Positions 59,255 through 64,000 of a stretch of 64,000 bases of DNA are shown here, one piece after another. The stretch comes from Phyllobates terribilis. Its lineage: Eukaryota. The position numbers were made by a program, and so were the translations under genes. Under the pieces are notes generated by a model, which worked only from the letters and a program-made list of their open reading frames with translations, searched no databases and had not been told where the DNA came from. Each line of letters starts with the position of its first letter. The stretch's first letter is position 1. The stretch lies in contig NW_027362762.1 in the NCBI RefSeq assembly GCF_046119375.1, positions 855,662,001 to 855,726,000 of the forward strand, read 5' to 3'.

Positions 59255-62200
59255 CTATATTCTCCAGCGAGCGGGTATCTGCCCCTTTGTGCTCCTGGTT
59301 GACCTCCTTAATCCACTGTCTGGTGGTGGACCGACCTGGCTTTCCCCACTAGCGTTAGGGGTACAGCTACCAGCTGGACTTACAGGTAGGGCAGGCAGCT
59401 GTCTGCGGGTCCTTTGGCTTACCGCAGGCATGGCAGGCTCGCTGTCAGCAGAGGGTTGACTCTCCTGGGCTGCTGGTACAGGCTCTTCTGCCTATGGAAC
59501 TGCTTGCTCCTCTTTGTCTTCCGGCTCTGGTGCAGGTTGTTGCTCAGTCGGTTGCAAGAAATGCAGGACGGGTACCACTATTGCATCGTTTATTCGAGTC
59601 CAGGACTGAGGGAACTCCCCGAGAACGGTGCTGATCATTTCTTCCTTGTCCTCTGCGGGTTCAAGGTCACTTTGATCCTCTTCTGCACTACGGAGTTGCT
59701 CGGGGCACCTTTTTAAGTGGTCTCTGGAGACGGTACTAGTGGTTTCTCCTCCGTCCTTGGTGATCACGCAAACCTTCGGGTTGTCGTGATCAGACTGCAG
59801 TACGGTGTAGGGTTCCCTTTCCCACTGGTCGTCCAGCTTGTGTAGCCTTCTCTTTCGCTTCAGGACCTGCTCACCAGGTTCTAGGGGACCAGCAGGGGCG
59901 TGTTGGTTGAACAGTTTTTCTTGCCTCTCTCTCACCTGGGCCAGGCTCTTCTCCACACTCTCCTGTACCTTATTGTACTGCAGTTGCCTTTCCGTATCCC
60001 AGTCCGCATCCGGGGAGGTGTCCTCAGGTGTTAGGACTCCCATTTCCAGGTCTATGGGCAGCTTACCTGGTCTGGCTCGCATCAGGTAAGCCGGGGTGCA
60101 GTTTGTAGCATTCACCGGGATATGAATGTATAAGTCTATCAGATCCGGCAGTTTTTCTGGCCACAGGCTGCGTTCCTCCAGGGGCAACGTCTTCAAGAGA
60201 TCAATGACTATGTTGTTCATTTTCTCACACATCCCGTTGGTTTGTGGGTGGTAAGGCGTTGTCCGAATCTTCTTACAGCCATAGAGGTTGCAGAATTCTT
60301 GGAAGATTTCAGCCTCGAAAGCTGGACCCTGGTCTGTCAGGACCTGTTCCGGATACCCGTGTGGACGGCAGAAGTATTGCTGGAAGGCTCTGGCCGCTGT
60401 TTGGGCTGTCAAGTCCTTTACCGGGACCACCACTAGAAAACGGGAATAGTGGTCCACGATTGTCAGGGCATAGATGTATCCTGACCGGCTTAGAGCCAAT
60501 TTGACGTGGTCCAGAGCTACCAGCTCAAGAGGCTGCGTGGTGACGATGGGCCTCAAGGGTGTCTTCTGGCTGGTGCGGTCCTTCCTCCTTAGGTGACAAG
60601 GGCCACAGTCTCTGCACCACTTTTCTACAGCCCCTCTCATGCCGACCCAAAAGAACCATCCTCTTAGCAGGAACTCTTCCAACCGAAGTGCCCCACTCTG
60701 TCATGGTAAGCCCCCAGGACCATAGCTGCATCCCGCCTTGGGACCACGACTTGCCAGGTCAGCTCGTGTGTCCGGTGGTTGACAATCCTTCTGCACAGCT
60801 TGCCTTCGTAGAGGAACAGCTTGCTCTTCTCTTTCCATAGCTGCTTGGCTTCCTCTGGGGCATCCGGATCTATGCGGGCATCTTCCTGGGTCAGCAGATC
60901 TTTCACCAGGCGGACTGCAGGGTCACTATCTTGGGTCTTGGCCCAGCTGTGGTGAGGTAGGGGATTGATCATAACGGTGGTTAGATCTTCCTCCTTCACG
61001 CGGTGGGAGTATTGAACGGCTCCGTACCGGTGAAACGCGGGGAGTTCTACCTCCTACAGCTCTTCTGGGTCTTCGTCACCTTCAGGTAAGTGAGGCATTC
61101 TCGACAGCGCGTCAGCATTGGCATTGGTTTTGCCTGCCCGGTACTTGATCACGAAGTCATAATTGGAGAGACGGGCCATCCACCGCTGTTTCAGGGCACC
61201 AAGTCTTGCACTGTCTAGGTGTGTTAACGGGTTGTTATCCGTATACACAGTGAACTTTGCGGAAGCCAGGTAATGCTTGAAGCGTTCCGTTACGGCCCAC
61301 ACCACCGCCAAGAATTCTAGCTTGAAGGAGCTGTAATTCTCCGGGTTCCTCTCGGTGGGCCTCAGCTTCCGGCTGGCGTACGCGATCACCCTTTCTCTGC
61401 CCTGTTGGTTTTGTGACAGTACGGCTCCCAGTCCCACATTACTGGCGTCTGTGTGAAGAATAAAAGGCTGGCCATAATCAGGGTAGGCCAGTATCTCATC
61501 CCCTGTGAGGGCCATCTTCAACTGGCGGAAAGACTCCTCTTCCGGTTTATCCCACTTGAAGGGTGGCTTTTGGCTTCTGGACTTAGACTGTCCTATCAGG
61601 AGGTCCTGCATAGGAGCTGCCATCTTAGTGAACCCGGGGATGAACCTTCGGTAGTAGCCTACCAACCCGAGGAACAGCCTCACTTCTTTGATGTTCGAGG
61701 GGCTTGGCCAGCTCTTGATTGCCGTGACCTTGTCAGGGTCGGGGGCTACTCCTTCCGCACTTACAATGTAGGTACTGGACCTTCGGTTTCAACAGGTGAC
61801 ACTTCAATGGTTTCTCCTTCAGGCCATAGCCTGCCAGGGCTTCGAACACCTCGGCCAGGTGCTTCAGATGGTCCTCGTAGGTCTTCGAATAGACGATCAC
61901 GTCGTCAAGGTAAAGGAGGACCGTCTTGAAGTTTCAGTGCCCTAGACAGCATTCCATCAGCCTCTGGAAGGTCCCTGGTGCGTTGCAGAGCCCGAAGGGC
62001 ATACAGTTGAACTCGCTCAGTCCCATCGGGGTGGTGAAGGCGGCCTTCTCCTTGTCAGCCTCTGCCACAGGAACCTGCCAGTACCCGCTAGTAAGGTCCA
62101 AAGTAGAAAAGAAGTTAGCTGATTTTAGTGCGGCTAAAGACTCCTCTATTCTAGGCAGCGGATATGCGTCTTTATGGGTGATATGGTTGATTTGTCTATA

Positions 62201-63413
62201 GTCCACGCACATTCTCATGGTGCCGTCTTTCTTTTTCACCAGAACCAAGGGGGCTGCCCAGGGGCTACAGCTATCTCTAATGACCCCAGCTTCTTTAATT
62301 TCCCGCAGCATACCCTTGGTGTTCTGATAATGTGCAGGGGGTACAGGCCTGTGTCTCTCTTTTATTGGTGGGTGGCTCCCCGTAGGGATATGGTGTTCTA
62401 TCCCTTTTACTCTGCCGAAGTCTAGCGGGTGCTTACTAAAAATTCTCTCGTACTCCTGGACCACCCGGTAGACTCCTTGTTTTTGGTGCAGGGGAGTGGA
62501 GTCAGCACCCACATGGAGTTTCTGGCACCAGTCCTCCTTTTGTTTCTGGGAGCCATTACCCTCCGCCTGAGGAGATGGAGGCAAGGGTTCCATGGCCCTG
62601 ATAACTTTGTGTTCGACAACAAACAGTTTGGCAAGTGTAGCGTACCTGGGTAAGTGTACCTCTCTCTCCCCAGTGTTGAGAATGCGAACGGGCACCCTCC
62701 CATGACGGACATCGACCACCCCACGGGCTGTCAAAATGGTGGGCCTGCTGTCTGAGTACACGGGTTCTACCATGGCTTGGTAGTCTCTACCTCTCAACCC
62801 GATTGCAGTCCGACACCAGATCATCATTTCACTTTTGGGAGGCATGGAAATGGGGAATGGGTCACTCAGTCTTACGCTACCGATCTCACCACCAGACAGT
62901 TCTACCTGCTGCCGTCTCATCAGGGCTTTTATCTCCTTGTTGAGGACTCTCTGTTGGCTGGAACTAGCATTCACCGCCACTTGTTGTAGAATTACAATTA
63001 CCTCTGAAAGACAATTTTCAATCACGTTAGTACCCACAGTTATTTTAGGGTGACTTTCACGACGGTCAATGTCCACAATAATTACTCCCTGTGCCGGTAG
63101 TTCAACTTTACCAATTTTAATGGTCATCTCCTTGAACTCCATCTGCGGCACTGGTAAGCCATTACTGGCGATGATGCTCAAGTTACTGTCTGGATACCGT
63201 GTGATATCAGCATCAGTCCAATACTGCTTAAAAAAGTACATAAGGGATAGTGGTTACTTGCGACCCGGTATCCAGCAAGGCGCTCATGGGGATACCGTCC
63301 AGCACCACGGGTAAAACCGGGCGCCCCCCAACGTACTTATTACGCCAATTGTAAGGGCCTGGTGATCTTATGCCTGGGGGTTGGCCCTCTGCCCCAGGTT
63401 GGACCCGTTTAAA
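59255..63413 (-). pseudogene. pol: pol pseudogene (PR-RT-RH-IN)
   Basis: Split into ORFs 61934-63241, 61054-61683, 60664-60999 and 59492-60682 by frameshifts (about 61935, 61770, 60675) and a TAG at 61054; ends ...GQIPARWRI*. Confidence 0.93.
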
Positions 63414-64000
63414 TTACAGTACCTGGAAATGTGTCCGGGCTGGTTGCATCAACGGCAAATGGGCTGTCCATCCTCTGCGTAGCGGTCCGTGGGCCTCCCT
63501 CGGAACGACGGGATCCTCTTCTGTCGACGCCACAGGACATCCTCCGGACTTGAAGCCAGCTCGATGGGTCTTGATGGGTCCACTTGTAACGCCTGGACGG
63601 TCCTGGTCAACGCCGCAACGCTCCTGGTCAGCTCCTCGACTTGGTGGTGCAGGTCTTTCGACGGGGCTTGGTTCAGGGCCTGTGCATCAGCCCCCACAGA
63701 GTCCATAGGGGAGGGCGCTGCCTCCTGGTGGTAGGTGAGAGCAGGACGTCGGGGGTTTATAGCGCCACTGGTTGCGGGTTCACGGAGCACCCTTATGGCC
63801 CTGTCCTTAAATTGGGCAAAGGTCAGATCAGGGTTCTGAAAGAACATGAGGCGCAGTTGGGCCCTGTGGGCGCTAGACAGCAGACCTTCTATGAATTGTT
63901 CTGTTGGCAGCTTTTCCGTTTCCTGCACGCTGCCAGGGTCAGTTTGTTTGATGGCCCTCAAGGCTTCCTGCAAATTTAGGGCATAGTCTCTGATGCTGTC
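63368..64000 (-). pseudogene. gag: gag, 3' part, with a premature stop in the zinc knuckle
   Basis: LQEALRAIKQTDP... matches gag at 42863; the knuckle reads CR*CNQPGHISRYC (TGA at 63449-63451); the normal stop TAA is at 63368-63370. Confidence 0.9.

Larger units (their letters stand above)
57834..64000 (-). mobile_element. Defective Gypsy LTR retrotransposon related to the 41420 element (5' part beyond the window)
   Basis: 3' LTR at 57834-58868 (TGTGTCACC...GGGGCGAGTCA); PPT; pre-LTR motif GTTTAGTCCCGGAGTACTAAATT shared with 48285-48310; pol and gag closely similar to 43900-47955 and 42863-43843. Confidence 0.95.

Overview
This is eukaryotic, vertebrate genomic DNA, most likely an anuran (frog). 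That call is an inference from the T2/Kolobok-type MITEs, a V-SINE, frog-type hAT/Harbinger/piggyBac elements and a vertebrate 18S fragment. The window is almost entirely nested transposable elements and tandem repeats, with no confidently identifiable host gene. The main elements are: (1) a young, apparently intact Gypsy/Ty3 LTR retrotransposon at 41420-49320, inserted into a decayed BEL/Pao element; (2) a related defective Gypsy on the minus strand (57834 to the window end); (3) a deleted LTR element at 24508-27325 with a tRNA-Ser PBS, whose ORF ends in a cold-shock-domain-like RNP1 motif; (4) a 9.25-kb hAT transposon at 27992-37243 with a 1187-aa transposase ORF, also carrying an 18S rRNA fragment, an L1 RT fragment, a solo LTR and a Tc1; (5) a 4.2-kb foldback non-autonomous hAT, a piggyBac-like element, Tc1 remnants, many MITEs, and three minisatellites. 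The best second-look signals are the CSD-like LTR ORF, an apparent two-part tRNA-Ser pairing site (U5 plus PBS), a covarying -1 frameshift pseudoknot, LTR-internal PBS copies, rRNA cargo in an hAT, and recurrent outward-facing splice-site cassettes in MITE cores. All coordinates and counts were read by eye and no database searches were run.
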